A stretch of DNA of 64,000 bases, taken from IMG/VR virus record IMGVR_UViG_3300032038_000022, positions 54,860-118,859 of that record. One strand, given 5' to 3'. This DNA is from a virus. Lineage: Duplodnaviria > Caudoviricetes. Each line of letters opens with the position of its first letter. The first letter of the stretch is position 1. The notes below the pieces were generated by a model. It was given only the letters and a program-made list of their open reading frames with translations. It was not told where the DNA came from and ran no database searches. Shown here one piece after another: positions 1-11,600 of the stretch. The position numbers were made by a program, and so were the translations under genes.

Positions 1-278
1 GTTCCTTCTGTTCCAGTAATATAAAAAACATCATTTTGGGGAATTCCCGGATCTGTTTCTATATTAGCAATACCTAAGAACACTGAACCTTGTGAAACAT
101 TCAATGGTATAAGTTTTAATGACTTAGCTTCGTGGATGCCGTCTCCGATTACAAGAGAATCATAACCCTTTTCACTTGAGTCTATCAGACATAGTTCGCC
201 CTTTTTTAGAATTGCAGTAGATGCATTAAGATCATCAAGCGTTCCTTTTAATAGAGTTACTCTTTGTTTTTCCGGCAT
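1..278 (-). CDS. Tail fibre protein, N-terminal part (runs off the window)
   Basis: Not in the ORF track. ATG at 278 reads MPEKQRVTLLKGT..LKKGELCLID..VIGDGIHEAKSL..FLGIANIETDPGIPQNDVFYI. The GE...IGDG...L motif is typical of fibre/hyaluronidase-type N-termini. Confidence 0.6.
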   Translation of the reverse strand, partial: MPEKQRVTLLKGTLDDLNASTAILKKGELCLIDSSEKGYDSLVIGDGIHEAKSLKLIPLNVSQGSVFLGIANIETDPGIPQNDVFYITGTEG

Positions 279-283
279 AGCTT

Positions 284-631
284 TTAATTAACGTTAAATA
301 TAGTTACACCATTTAATACTATTTTCTTAAGGAGTTTTGTTTCTCCATCAAGAATTAAGTATAGTTTATTAATCTCTGGGGTTTCTGGTTCTTCAGTTAC
401 CCACTCAATTCCAGTACAGGTTTGTGATCTTTGAACAGTATCATCTACACTTATCACCTTTTCACCTGTTTTACTGTCATTAATAGAAACTCCATCACCT
501 TCAATAATTTCCTCGCCTTGAAGAGCGTTATTATAAAGATCATTAAGGGCTGATTCAATTTTATTGAGATTTCGGGCATTTACAGGAGTTCTATTATCTA
601 CCCATTTAGTTTTGTTATAAGAACTTTTCAT
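284..631 (-). CDS. Small tail-fibre-associated protein
   Basis: YNKTKWVDNRTPVNARNLNKIESAL is a common phage fibre N-terminal motif; tail cluster context. Confidence 0.5.
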   Translation of the reverse strand: MKSSYNKTKWVDNRTPVNARNLNKIESALNDLYNNALQGEEIIEGDGVSINDSKTGEKVISVDDTVQRSQTCTGIEWVTEEPETPEINKLYLILDGETKLLKKIVLNGVTIFNVN

Positions 632-1206
632 TTAAGATCTTTTAGGTTACCACAATCTACATATCCTACTTGTAAGCCTTCATCACCTACTACTATACTA
701 GAATTATCAGTTAAGACATCAGCTTCTAATACCCACGCATCAGTAACTTCATCTCTTATAGAAGATATTTCTATTGAATTTGATTTCTTTCCAGTTATTA
801 TTAGATTTTGAGTAATACAGATCCATATCCCAGAGTGATACACGTATACAACATCTCCTCCTCCAGGAGTATGAATAACAGCCATTTCTCCTTCTTTAGG
901 TTCCCTGCCAAAAGAGTATCTATTTAGCGCCTCTTTATCACTTTCTTCTGGGCTTAATTTAGTAATATCATAAATTTTTATTCCACTACTAGGTCCACCT
1001 TCTCCAGAGTCATAGTTAATAGTATAATCTCCTTTTTCTTCACTCTTATAAAGAGCTAAAATAACTTCAAAAGAATCTCCTTTTTTGTATTTGATAGCTA
1101 CGTTTTCGGCGTAATATCTTGCAGTTTTGTTTAATTTTTTGATAGCCTCGTCCCGTGTTTCAAAAACCTCAGTAAAACGAGTATATCTAAATTTGTCTCT
1201 TGCCAT
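628..1206 (-). CDS. Hypothetical virion protein
   Basis: 192-aa ORF with a 4-bp overlap with the next gene; N-terminus resembles that of 18218..19762. Confidence 0.5.
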   Translation of the reverse strand: MARDKFRYTRFTEVFETRDEAIKKLNKTARYYAENVAIKYKKGDSFEVILALYKSEEKGDYTINYDSGEGGPSSGIKIYDITKLSPEESDKEALNRYSFGREPKEGEMAVIHTPGGGDVVYVYHSGIWICITQNLIITGKKSNSIEISSIRDEVTDAWVLEADVLTDNSSIVVGDEGLQVGYVDCGNLKDLK

Positions 1207-1211
1207 AATCT

Positions 1212-1622
1212 TTAGTCTAATTCAGGTCCATCTCCACAATTACAATCACAATCACAATCTGTCGTAGGTTTCTTAATCTCATCTCTCGTTCTGCCATAAA
1301 GTCCTTGTCCATATCCACATATAGATTGTCCACAACAGAATTCACCACAAATAGAATCTTTATAAAGTGTCAAATCCACACCAGTAACTTCTAGGTCTTT
1401 CCAAGCAAACACTCTATCTACTCCATCTAGGTGAATAGAAGAAATACATTTTCCATACGAATTTAATCTGAATTTTATATCAGAGATAGTATAGATTTTA
1501 GAATCATCAAAGGAGAATAGACTTGATACGGGTAGAGATTTGATATGTACAGAAGCCCCGATAAGAGAATTATGGTCCCAGACTCCAGCAGGACTTGTTA
1601 CGGCAATTCTTCTACTTTCCAT
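1212..1622 (-). CDS. Hypothetical protein with Cys-rich C-terminus
   Basis: 136 aa; CGEFCCGQSICG and DCDCDCNCG motifs. Confidence 0.5.
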   Translation of the reverse strand: MESRRIAVTSPAGVWDHNSLIGASVHIKSLPVSSLFSFDDSKIYTISDIKFRLNSYGKCISSIHLDGVDRVFAWKDLEVTGVDLTLYKDSICGEFCCGQSICGYGQGLYGRTRDEIKKPTTDCDCDCNCGDGPELD

Positions 1623-1625
1623 GTA

Positions 1626-2921
1626 TTATTCCCCCTCATTTGTTGTAGAATTAGGATCAATATAGTTTACAAAATCAGCAACTTTATTGAGTTTAGTAAA
1701 AACTTCATCAATTCGAGTTAAGATATCAGTTACAGCAGTAGTTATTACCACTTCCCTAGCATCGGCATCTTCTTTAAGTTCTGAAAGACTAGCAGCTACT
1801 ATTTTTTGAAGACCCTCAATTGAGTCTACAGTTACTTTATCAGTATTAGACATTAATCCGTGCCCTTCTTGAGTAGCAACAGGCATTTCTACATAAGATT
1901 CAGAACCATCACCATGAATTAACGTAGTTTGTGCTCCATTATAAGAGATATCAGCGATATAAGTAGATGTAATTTTTTGTCCGTCACCATCATGTACTGC
2001 ACTATTTACGTCTTTATCAATATCTGCAGTATTGTCAACATTTTCGAGACCGATCTGCTCTTGAGTTACCAAGTGTGGATTTTCAGTATTAATAACGTGA
2101 TTATTGAGAGCACTAAAAGAAGCACCTAGTTCATCATTAGTTGGAAGATTTGTAAGGTGCTCAATTTCCGTATTTAAAACGAGCGAATAACCTTCTCTTT
2201 TATCAACCTTTCTATTTAAAGCTTCATTTTGTGCAGTAGAAACTGGTTTTTCAACATCACTTGTGTTATCAACTCTATCTAATCCAATATCATCTTTAGT
2301 AAGAACTAAATCCCCATCAGCTAAAGGATGACCATTGATATCAATATCTCTAGTAACCATTACATCCCTAACATCATTAATGGCAGTTGCAACAGCTAAA
2401 TTAATATCATCTAATGCTTCTTTTAATTCAGTAATAGCAGCAGTTAGAACTTTTTGAGCTTCTTTTACTTCTTCCTTTTCAGCTTTAGTATTTCCTAAAT
2501 TTTCAATAGATTCCCCAAGACTAGTTGTTGTTGTTTCTAGAGCTGTAATCTTTGTTGATAGATTTGTATTTAGAGTATCAATTTTTGTATTAAGTGTATT
2601 ATTAAAAAGCGATAAAGTTGTAGCTACTGTTGTTTCTTCATCTCTAAATTTTTGTAAAATGACTTTATTTTGAACTGGATTTTCAGAGGATTCGTTCAGT
2701 GCGGTGTCTACTATAAGTCTCCATTTTCCCGTAGTACTATCAATACTATTAGAGGCGGAGAACTTATATCGTTTTCCATCAGCTAAGCATAGGGAAATAT
2801 GTCCTTCATCTATACTAGTTTCTGGATAACTTTTCATTTCATCCAAGGTATTAAAAGTGTCCCTAGAAAAATTAGGTTTTTTACCTTGATAATTAAAATT
2901 ATCACCTATTTTTAAAGCCAT
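1626..2921 (-). CDS. Tail fibre-like coiled-coil protein
   Basis: Heptad stretch (LNTKIDTLNTNLSTKITAL) and two GLxxVDNTxDxxK repeats (one preceded by ENPHLVTQEQI), typical of phage fibres. Confidence 0.6.
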   Translation of the reverse strand: MALKIGDNFNYQGKKPNFSRDTFNTLDEMKSYPETSIDEGHISLCLADGKRYKFSASNSIDSTTGKWRLIVDTALNESSENPVQNKVILQKFRDEETTVATTLSLFNNTLNTKIDTLNTNLSTKITALETTTTSLGESIENLGNTKAEKEEVKEAQKVLTAAITELKEALDDINLAVATAINDVRDVMVTRDIDINGHPLADGDLVLTKDDIGLDRVDNTSDVEKPVSTAQNEALNRKVDKREGYSLVLNTEIEHLTNLPTNDELGASFSALNNHVINTENPHLVTQEQIGLENVDNTADIDKDVNSAVHDGDGQKITSTYIADISYNGAQTTLIHGDGSESYVEMPVATQEGHGLMSNTDKVTVDSIEGLQKIVAASLSELKEDADAREVVITTAVTDILTRIDEVFTKLNKVADFVNYIDPNSTTNEGE

Positions 2922-2926
2922 AGTAA

Positions 2927-3883
2927 TTAACTATAAATTTGTTTAAATCCACTAATAGTAGTTGGTTCAATTAATGTATATACATAATAGTCTACTCCAT
3001 CAATATTAAGCTCAGTTTTTGTATATGAATTTATATATTCGAAACCGTTAGCATCTTTAATGGAGTTCAAAGTGCTAAAGTATTTAGGATAAGCATAGAA
3101 AACTCTACCACTTGTTGGGGAAGATGCATCTAGATTAATTTCACTCCATGTAGAATTACGGCTTCCTTGTTTTAGTTTTGTTGTTGTTTTAATATCCTCT
3201 ACACTTGGTATCCAAGAACTTCCAACAATTCCTCTATAACAAGGATCGACAAAAACTACCGATAAACTTTTTGAATTATAAATTCCTTCATACGTTCCAG
3301 TGATTATATAGGTTTCCGTAGAGTATGAATTTTCAGTAGTAATTATTGTTTTTCCAGTAGTTCCTGAAACATCTACTAATGATCCTGCCCTACCAAAAAG
3401 AACTTTAGAATCAGTTGTGACATTTCTTCCTCGTCTACTAATCTCCCAAGTAAAGTTTAAAGTTGTTTCGGTTTTTGTATACTCTAAAGTACTACAATTG
3501 AGACTAATAGTAACTGGGAATACAGATTCCTGCAATTCTTGAATTACCCCAGAATCAACTTCTCTCCAGCCATTTTCATTATCAAAGGAAAAATTAGAAC
3601 TAAAATATTCCCAGACTTGAAGATTTCCATTAGATCCTATAAATTTAGCTTTTACACCGGGAACTTTAACTGAGTCTTCTAGATTATCTACAAGAGTGGT
3701 TATAGCAGTTAGGAGAGTATATTTTTCTCCTTCCCCAAGTGGCCAGAGAACATCTAAGTTATATTCTTCTAAGAGAAGGGTAAGTTTTTTCCTAGATTGA
3801 GTATGCATTATAGCATCAGTCAATGTACCAGGATATATATATTCTCCCTCCTCTGTAAAAATAAAAATGTTATTCTCTTCCAT
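2927..3883 (-). CDS. Putative tail/virion structural protein
   Basis: 318 aa, beta-rich; C-terminal YAYPK..L..I.D..G..Y...IDGVDY.VY module shared with 18218..19762. Confidence 0.5.
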   Translation of the reverse strand: MEENNIFIFTEEGEYIYPGTLTDAIMHTQSRKKLTLLLEEYNLDVLWPLGEGEKYTLLTAITTLVDNLEDSVKVPGVKAKFIGSNGNLQVWEYFSSNFSFDNENGWREVDSGVIQELQESVFPVTISLNCSTLEYTKTETTLNFTWEISRRGRNVTTDSKVLFGRAGSLVDVSGTTGKTIITTENSYSTETYIITGTYEGIYNSKSLSVVFVDPCYRGIVGSSWIPSVEDIKTTTKLKQGSRNSTWSEINLDASSPTSGRVFYAYPKYFSTLNSIKDANGFEYINSYTKTELNIDGVDYYVYTLIEPTTISGFKQIYS

Positions 3884-4481
3884 AATTGTATTCTATATTG
3901 AAATAATCACAGATTCCTTTAATAATTATTTCGCACAATGTTTCTTTACCATTATCACTTAAAAGGTAATTAACATCATCTTTATTATCCATGAATAGAT
4001 TTTCTACTAGGATAGCTGGCATTGAAGTTTTCTGCAAGACTGTAAATTTAGCTGTCCAATATTTATGATTTGGATCTGGGACTCTAACTTTTATTCCTCG
4101 TATACCGGCTTCAATAGCCATTAGTGATGCAAGTTTTTTGGAATTAGAGCTTGCTGTAGGACTAATAAAAACTGACCAGCCTCTAGCATTCATCCATTTT
4201 CCATTTCCAGCTGCATTTACGTGGGGACTTATAAAAATTGATTTTCCATTATGTGCTTTAGCAAAGGCATTAGCTCTTTTACATCTATTTAGTAAACCAA
4301 TTTCTTTTCCATTATCCTCACTAGGAGGACTTGTTCTTACGTGCTCGATTCCAATTTCATCGAGTCTTTTCTCAATCATACCTATAAGTTCTCGTGACCA
4401 AAGGTATTCCAGAAGTTTTCCATCAGGACTTCTTTTACCTGCAACTAATTTTTGATGTGCGGGATCTAAGATTACTAACAT
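3870..4481 (-). CDS. N-acetylmuramoyl-L-alanine amidase (Amidase_3 family), endolysin
   Basis: VILDPAH, LLEY, FISPHVNA and PAILVENLFMDN are the Zn-binding and catalytic motifs of Amidase_3. Confidence 0.9.
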   Translation of the reverse strand: MLVILDPAHQKLVAGKRSPDGKLLEYLWSRELIGMIEKRLDEIGIEHVRTSPPSEDNGKEIGLLNRCKRANAFAKAHNGKSIFISPHVNAAGNGKWMNARGWSVFISPTASSNSKKLASLMAIEAGIRGIKVRVPDPNHKYWTAKFTVLQKTSMPAILVENLFMDNKDDVNYLLSDNGKETLCEIIIKGICDYFNIEYNYGRE

Positions 4482-4484
4482 ATA

Positions 4485-5630
4485 TTACTTAATTTCGATT
4501 ACTATTGAACTACCTGTTTGAATAAATCCAGTTCTGAGTTGAACGTAAGGGATAACAACCCCTCTCTCATTAATTATATTTATATTTGTCTGATTAAAAT
4601 CTGAATTATAAAACCCTCCGACATACGTATTATAAGAAGTTTTCCAGAAAGTTTCCGGCACTAAGATATAAGCATACTTACCTCCTGAACAGTCAAATGA
4701 GTTTGCTGACATTGTTCCAGTTTCAGTATACCAAGAAGTAAATTCACTAAGGGAAGTATAAGAGATATTATTTCCTAAACTTTCACTAGATGAAGTTCCG
4801 ATGAAATACTTATACCCAAATTTAATATATGCATTCGTCGTAGCTGAATTTTTATTATTTAGCCAAGAAGTGATAGTAAAGGTATAAGTTTTATTCGTAT
4901 TACTTTCTAACCCTTCTTTACCAACCCATCTATTTAATTCAGTTGTTCCGATAATAGGGGCAGTAACTGTGGATCTGATAGAAGTACATTCTTCTCCTTT
5001 TTTATTTAATGTCCAAGTTATTTCTGGAAGTATCCAAGATCCAGCAGGTATCCAATAAGTTTCTGAAGTGCCTTTAGGATTTTGTTGTAAGGATACTCGT
5101 TCATTTTCTATTAATGTCTCCATTAAAATAATATCTTGCTCATTAATAATTCCATCTTCATTAAAGTCACAATCATCTGAGTAAGTATTATTTGTAATGT
5201 GATTAATAATATTTTCTGTAAAGTCTTGTTTTACATTATCAAGTTCTCCCGTTCCTGTATAAGCCGGTCCTATGACAGCAGCAATACTAGGAGGGAACAG
5301 TTTATTCTCGAGTTCATCAACAGTTTCCTGAAGGGTGTCCACTGTGGCATTTATATCATCAGCATAATCTTTAACGGCGCCAACAGAAATAGCACGTTGG
5401 TAACTATCCGAATCAATAGAGTCACTAACTCTTGTAAACCAATGTCCAGTTTCTTCATTCTCTCTGGAACTGTCGTAAATATACCAAATTCCATCAATAC
5501 ATGTTTCAAAACCTTCAGGTATGGGAGTATCCCAATTCTTTAAGTCAGATGATCTTTTACATTGATTTTGACGAGAATCTAAGAATTCCTCACCTTTATA
5601 TGAAAAGTTTGTTGCAATAATTGCTGACAT
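4485..5630 (-). CDS. Virion protein with dockerin/EF-hand-like motif
   Basis: Start moved to ATG 5630 (MSAIIATN) because the upstream extension lies within a terminator hairpin. DFNEDGIINEQD is a Ca-binding loop. Confidence 0.55.
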   Translation of the reverse strand: MSAIIATNFSYKGEEFLDSRQNQCKRSSDLKNWDTPIPEGFETCIDGIWYIYDSSRENEETGHWFTRVSDSIDSDSYQRAISVGAVKDYADDINATVDTLQETVDELENKLFPPSIAAVIGPAYTGTGELDNVKQDFTENIINHITNNTYSDDCDFNEDGIINEQDIILMETLIENERVSLQQNPKGTSETYWIPAGSWILPEITWTLNKKGEECTSIRSTVTAPIIGTTELNRWVGKEGLESNTNKTYTFTITSWLNNKNSATTNAYIKFGYKYFIGTSSSESLGNNISYTSLSEFTSWYTETGTMSANSFDCSGGKYAYILVPETFWKTSYNTYVGGFYNSDFNQTNINIINERGVVIPYVQLRTGFIQTGSSIVIEIK

Positions 5631-5644
5631 ATTATTTAATTTAT

Positions 5645-5690
5645 AAAAATAGAGAGGACTTCCTATCAAAAGGTAAATCCTCCCTAAAAA
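5645..5690 (-). terminator. Intrinsic terminator/attenuator
   Basis: Minus strand TAGGGAGGATTT..AAGTCCTCTCTA followed by TTTTT, just after the stop of the 2676-aa gene. Confidence 0.65.
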
Positions 5691-5695
5691 TTATT

Positions 5696-8600
5696 TTAAT
5701 TACCACTAGTACCTAAATTGTAGTTCGTAGATAGATCAATATACTGTTCCTTTGCATGTTCGTTGCTATAACCGTAGTATAGATATCGAATCCAAGAACT
5801 CTTAATTGAAGTTTGTACAGATTCTGGGAAATTATTATTCCAGGATATCTTCTCATTTATAGTCTCTTCCTGATAGGTACCTGATGTAATATTAATACGA
5901 TTTGTCTTAGTATCTTTAATAGGACTAACAGCTTTATAACAGAATGCACCAGCAATATCTGTAAGTTTATTAGTACTAAAAATTCCTGAGATTGAATAAG
6001 TATTTTCATCTTGATCATCGTATCTACAAGCAGCGAAGATTCCTCTAATATCCAAACTATTATTTTTAAGTGAATTAAAAACTCCGAGAAATGGATTATT
6101 GCCAAAGTAAACTCCTTGGAATGTACCATTTAGTGTTGTAATCTTTGGAGCATAGGAGAAGAAATCTTTAGGGATTAAGTAAGTTTCTTCTTCTCCTTTG
6201 TTATCCTCATCCAACTTAGCTAAGCTTGAAAGACCTTTACAATTATAGAAGAATTCACTAAAGTCTCTAACCTCATTAAGATAGACTAGAAGATATGGAC
6301 AAATACGACCACGCATCCAGCTACTTATATCAATACCATTTGTAGCTTCACCACTTCCACACCACTTAAACATACCAATTACATTAGCTGATTCAGTGCT
6401 TGTGTTTTTCATATACGATAGAAGATCTGGAGCACAGAAGAAATTAAGAGTGGAACCTTTCTTCTCGCTGTTACTTCTTGCTGGAGTAAGGTCTGTGCTA
6501 ATATCTTCATAGCAGAATACTTGATCAATATTAGTGTCTCCTAGGAAAGCCTTAAGTTTATCTTGTTTTCCATCATAAATTTTGGAAATATCAACTAAGA
6601 CTGTTTCTTGTTTGGAATCTTTTCTTATTTTCCACATACCGCTCTCTTTCGAGATTGTATATTTGAATGGTATATATGAAGTATTTACATACTCGATATT
6701 TTCCCAAGGAGTTCCTTCAGTAGTTGTAGTTGGTGTCAAGCGATCAATTAAGTTTTGAGCATTACCATAAGTCGTGACGTAATTTACATCATATTTTTCA
6801 ATACTACCACATCCATAGAATGCTTGAAATGCGTAACGAATCTTTCTATTGTAATTAGCAAAGTAAACTGTCTTTATGTGACTTGAGTCGTTAAAATCAA
6901 ATTCCTTTTTTGTTTTCCAAGTAATAACTCCTTCAGCATTCTTTGTATATGCCTCATCTGGATCGTCTGTTCCGTAATAAACTTTTGACGTTTTAACATG
7001 TCCATGATAGAATAATTTAGCAGGAATTTGACCCTCTAATTGTGAATTATTATTATTGGATACATCGTGGTAGAATATCTGAGTAATATTCTCAAGCTTA
7101 GTACAATCTTTAAAACCTTCAGAAATTAGTTTATAAGGGATATTACAGTTTTTAAGAAATGCTGCTACATTCCTCAATTGCCTACATTCAGAGAATAAAT
7201 CTCCTGGGAATTCAAATGGAGTAATACCAGCATAATCCCCTCCATCAATAAGTTGTATATCTTGGAATAATCCAGGACAATTAACTAAGACGTCTTTACA
7301 TGGATCAAAAATCTTGTATGGGAATTCACTTTGATTAATATATTTCCTTAAACCACTACCATTAAATCCAGTTATAGTGTTGGGATTACCTGTCCAATTA
7401 TCTACAGTTATGTTAGTAAATCCACCATTATTATCTACTGTATCGTGATAACCTATATTCTGTAAATTAGTGAATCCGTTAAACATTCCAGAGGTAATAG
7501 GGAATTTAACTTTTCCATCTCTATCCCAATGGTTATAATCGGTACTTGCATTGGAAACTTTAAACGAATTAGATATTGTATCCAAATTTCTTTTGTTGCT
7601 GAATATTTTTTGGAGATCAATTGTTCCTCTACCATAGCTGGTATTAAATGAGTTTATTACGGTTGTTACTCCAGTTAAAATCTTTAAGGTATCATAATTT
7701 AGGTAGGATGGTGAACAAATAGCGTTAATTGATGTGAGCTTTGGCAGATCCTTAAAGAAATCAGTCATGTTACCCATCTTTTGTATAACTGAATCATTAT
7801 GCGAAGATATTTGCTCTTCTAGCGAATTAACTCTACTATAATCTAATGAATCAATCTCATCATAAATATATGGAAAATCTTGATAACTTATATTAGTTAA
7901 ATACGGATAAGTTGGATGAGTTGTATCATTCTTACGTCTAAAGAAGAAACGACTGATATAACCACCCACATCAAATAATCTAGCAAAACTTGTTAAATTA
8001 ACCAGAGGACTAATAAGACCATTATCAATAGTTACATTACCTTCAGCATCATGATCAGGACATGGAAATTTAGTATTATCAGAGCCCGTAATCATTTCAC
8101 TAATGCTGGTAATACTAGAGCATCCATAGAACATATAACGATTAGGTTGATTGCCTTCATTAAATGCAAATCTCTTTTCTCCACTATTATTACCCCAGAA
8201 TGATCTATAACCTAATTGATCAACCTTCATATTACTTAAGGCTAATGCATTAAGAATATAGTAAATATCAAACTGTGTACAAGACGTATCGTTGCAGATC
8301 TGGTCAAGAACTTTTTTCTTTCTATCAAATTGAATATTAGTTACATTATCACCATCCTTCCACCAACCCGATGATGTATTATAGAAGATCGGATTAGATA
8401 CATTAGGATCTTGATTATTATTATAACTAATGAGTCCATTAAGTTTTGCTACTATAGTATCATGATCATCAGAAGTTCCAATATTTGACAGAATTTCAAG
8501 TGGCATAAGAACTACACCATTACTTCTAGTTTTAGCACTATTACCCCATGCCTCAGACGTTTTACCATGAATAGAGAATCTTGTTAGACCTTTGAAGCAA

Positions 8601-11600
8601 GAGTCACAACCTATAATTAAATTACCATATACCCTCTCAAGATACGTACAGTTTTCAAAAGGGGTGTAAATCGGAATAGGTCTAAGTCGATTATTAGCAA
8701 AACGAATTTTAGTTACGACAGGATTATTTCTAATAGTAACACTACTTAAACTTGTCATAGGAGATAAGTCAAGTAATGTCGAATCTGTATTAGGAATGTT
8801 ATTATATGTAATACTAGAAAGTTTAGCAGAATCAATATTAAAGGTAGTAAGTTTATCACAAGTTCCATTTATAGTAAGACTCTTCAGGTTTGAACATCCT
8901 CCAAGATTGAGAGTTACCAAGTTTGTAGCATTAATAATTACATTTTCAAGATTATTTGCTGAATTCTCAGAACTAACTGCCAAAGAAGTAATGTATGGTC
9001 CGTCAACAGTTATTTTCTTAAGTTTTGTACAAGTTTCTATAGTAACTCTTTCAAAATTAGTAAGCGTAAGTTCTTCAAGTGCACTATCTGCAATAGTGAG
9101 ACTAGCATTCCTTTTTTCTTTTGCATCTAGAGTAAGATATTTAATTCTATTTCCTCTTAGAATAATTTCATTTGTCCATATAGGATTAATAATACACTCA
9201 CTTATGGTTGAATTTCCAAAAGTAACAGTTTTTAAAGCATTACAGTCAGAAAGTTTCACTGATGAAGTATTTATATAACTTAAATTAACAGTTTTTACAT
9301 TTTCTGCAACTACTTTCAATTGAATCCTACTATTACTAATATCAATGTTATTAAGATTAGGGAAATTATCAACAGCACTTGCATCAAAGACTAACTCTCC
9401 TTGATAATCAGAACTTGTTAAAGATACGTCCTGAAGAGCAGGCATATTTAAGTTCCAGCTTCTAACAGTACCAGAATTACCATTTAATGTCGTAAGGCGA
9501 TTTGTACTAATATTAAAAGGAGTTCTAACAAAACTATTAATACTATCCAAGTAGGTCCAAAGTGCAGAACCACCAAAGATCCACTTATTATTACCAGTAA
9601 TATCAGTAGTTGCAATTTTATATTTATTTGTAGATTTCTTCAATAAATATCTATAATATAGACTATCTCCCATCTTCATAATAAGAGGAGAATAATCTGG
9701 TGCTTTAATTATGAAACTGAGATTATCCTGATAAGATTGATCAGATCCAAAAATATCCTTGATTACATAAATATCATTATTAGTTGTATCAGTTACGTTT
9801 GCATTAGGGTAAGCCTCATAATATTGCTTATCACGGCTTAAGTATTCCTTTCCATCTGAAATTGTAATAGATGTATTACCGATAATATTAAAATAAGCAT
9901 CAAGGATATGTAAACGACCATTAAGCCATTCTCTGACATAAGAAATACGTCTTCCTTTGAAACGGCTAATTTCAGTACTAAATCCAGTTTTATCAGCATT
10001 CGTTAAGAGATATTTATGACGATAATTAAAGTTAAACATTAATTCATCAACATTCTTCATATAACCAGAATAATAAGTTTCCATGAACTTATCAGCATTA
10101 GCAAGTGGTCCCGTCCCTTGTCTCCACGTAGCCCAAAGATTCTGAGGAGATTGAAGATCAGCCTCCTTTAAGAATTCATCTTTATTATTCATTGCTCTAG
10201 CATACTTAGCAACAGCAAAAGCATATGAACTGGCAATATCATAACCGACAATACCATCAGCCTGTGATTTATCAAAGTAGTCTCTGTATACTTCTACAGG
10301 TTTTGCATTATAGTAATCCTCTTCACTATCTTTAACTGATTTATCTTCCCAGAAATCACTAAAAGCAAAATATGTACTATCTTTACCATCATTATCAATA
10401 CCAAGACAGGTATCCATATCATAGAAGGCAAAGTAGAATGTACCACCGGAATTCCATGTTTTAATATTAAGGTTCTTTTGTACTGAGTCTAGAAGACCAA
10501 ATGCCATACAAACCGTATAATATTCAACTAAGCTTGGAAAGTCTACATAAGGTGCAACAGTACCAGTGCCAGACGTTTGTCCACTAATGTAGTAAATAAG
10601 ATCATTTTGTGTAGGATCTTCAGGAGTTCTAGAATCATCTTTCTTATAACTAGGAACACCAGTAGAAGACACACTCTTATTATATTGATCATAAACATTA
10701 GGAACTGATCCTTTTTCACGATAACTATTTTTATGAGATCTCATCCTTTTCCCAATAGCATAGAATACATAACCGCCAGCACGAGCTGTATGTTCAACAA
10801 ATGCTTGAATTCTTTGGTTTGTAATAGATGGGTCTGCACCAGACTCTGTATCATCAAACATGAACTGCTTATCAACACCACTTTCTACTGTGAATAGAAT
10901 CGAACTACCATATTCAGAGAAATCCCAGTATATATTATTATCTGAAATTTCAGATACTGTTAGATTTGGTTTAAGAGCATATGCTGAATCTTGGATTGCA
11001 CAAACACAGAATCCATTATCACTTACTCTTAAGTCATCAGGAAGATTACTTGTTGCACAATATCCTAAGTTAAAGTAGCTAGAGCGACCGAGGTTACAGT
11101 TATAAATTCCGAGATAGTAACATTCGGTCTTATCAGCTTTGCCACCTGGATTATTAATTTGAACAAATACAAGAATTGGAAAACCAGTAAGACAGTTCTT
11201 CACGTAATTTGTATACTTTCCTGTATCACCTACAGTAGCTTGAGTGAATTTAGAGGTATTAGCATTAACAAAAGCACCCATACTTGTATTATTAGAGTGA
11301 CTTGAGTCAACAACGTCGGCTTTTAATGTAAATGCTTTCTCAGGAAGGTAAGTATTCGTGTCATTAGGGTTAAACCTTGGAGAGAATAGTGGAGTATATC
11401 CAGCAGTACTGTCCGCAGCTTGAATACCTAAAGTATAGTTCTTAGCATGATAAGTTCTTGTAGTAGAACCCTGAATATCGAGAGTAAACTGTGCTGCGAT
11501 AGAACCATTTCCTGCAGCAATATTACTAATATCAATGTCTTGAACTTCAGAATTACCATTACTCCAAGCAATACCAATATTTAGTTTACTACTATCATTA

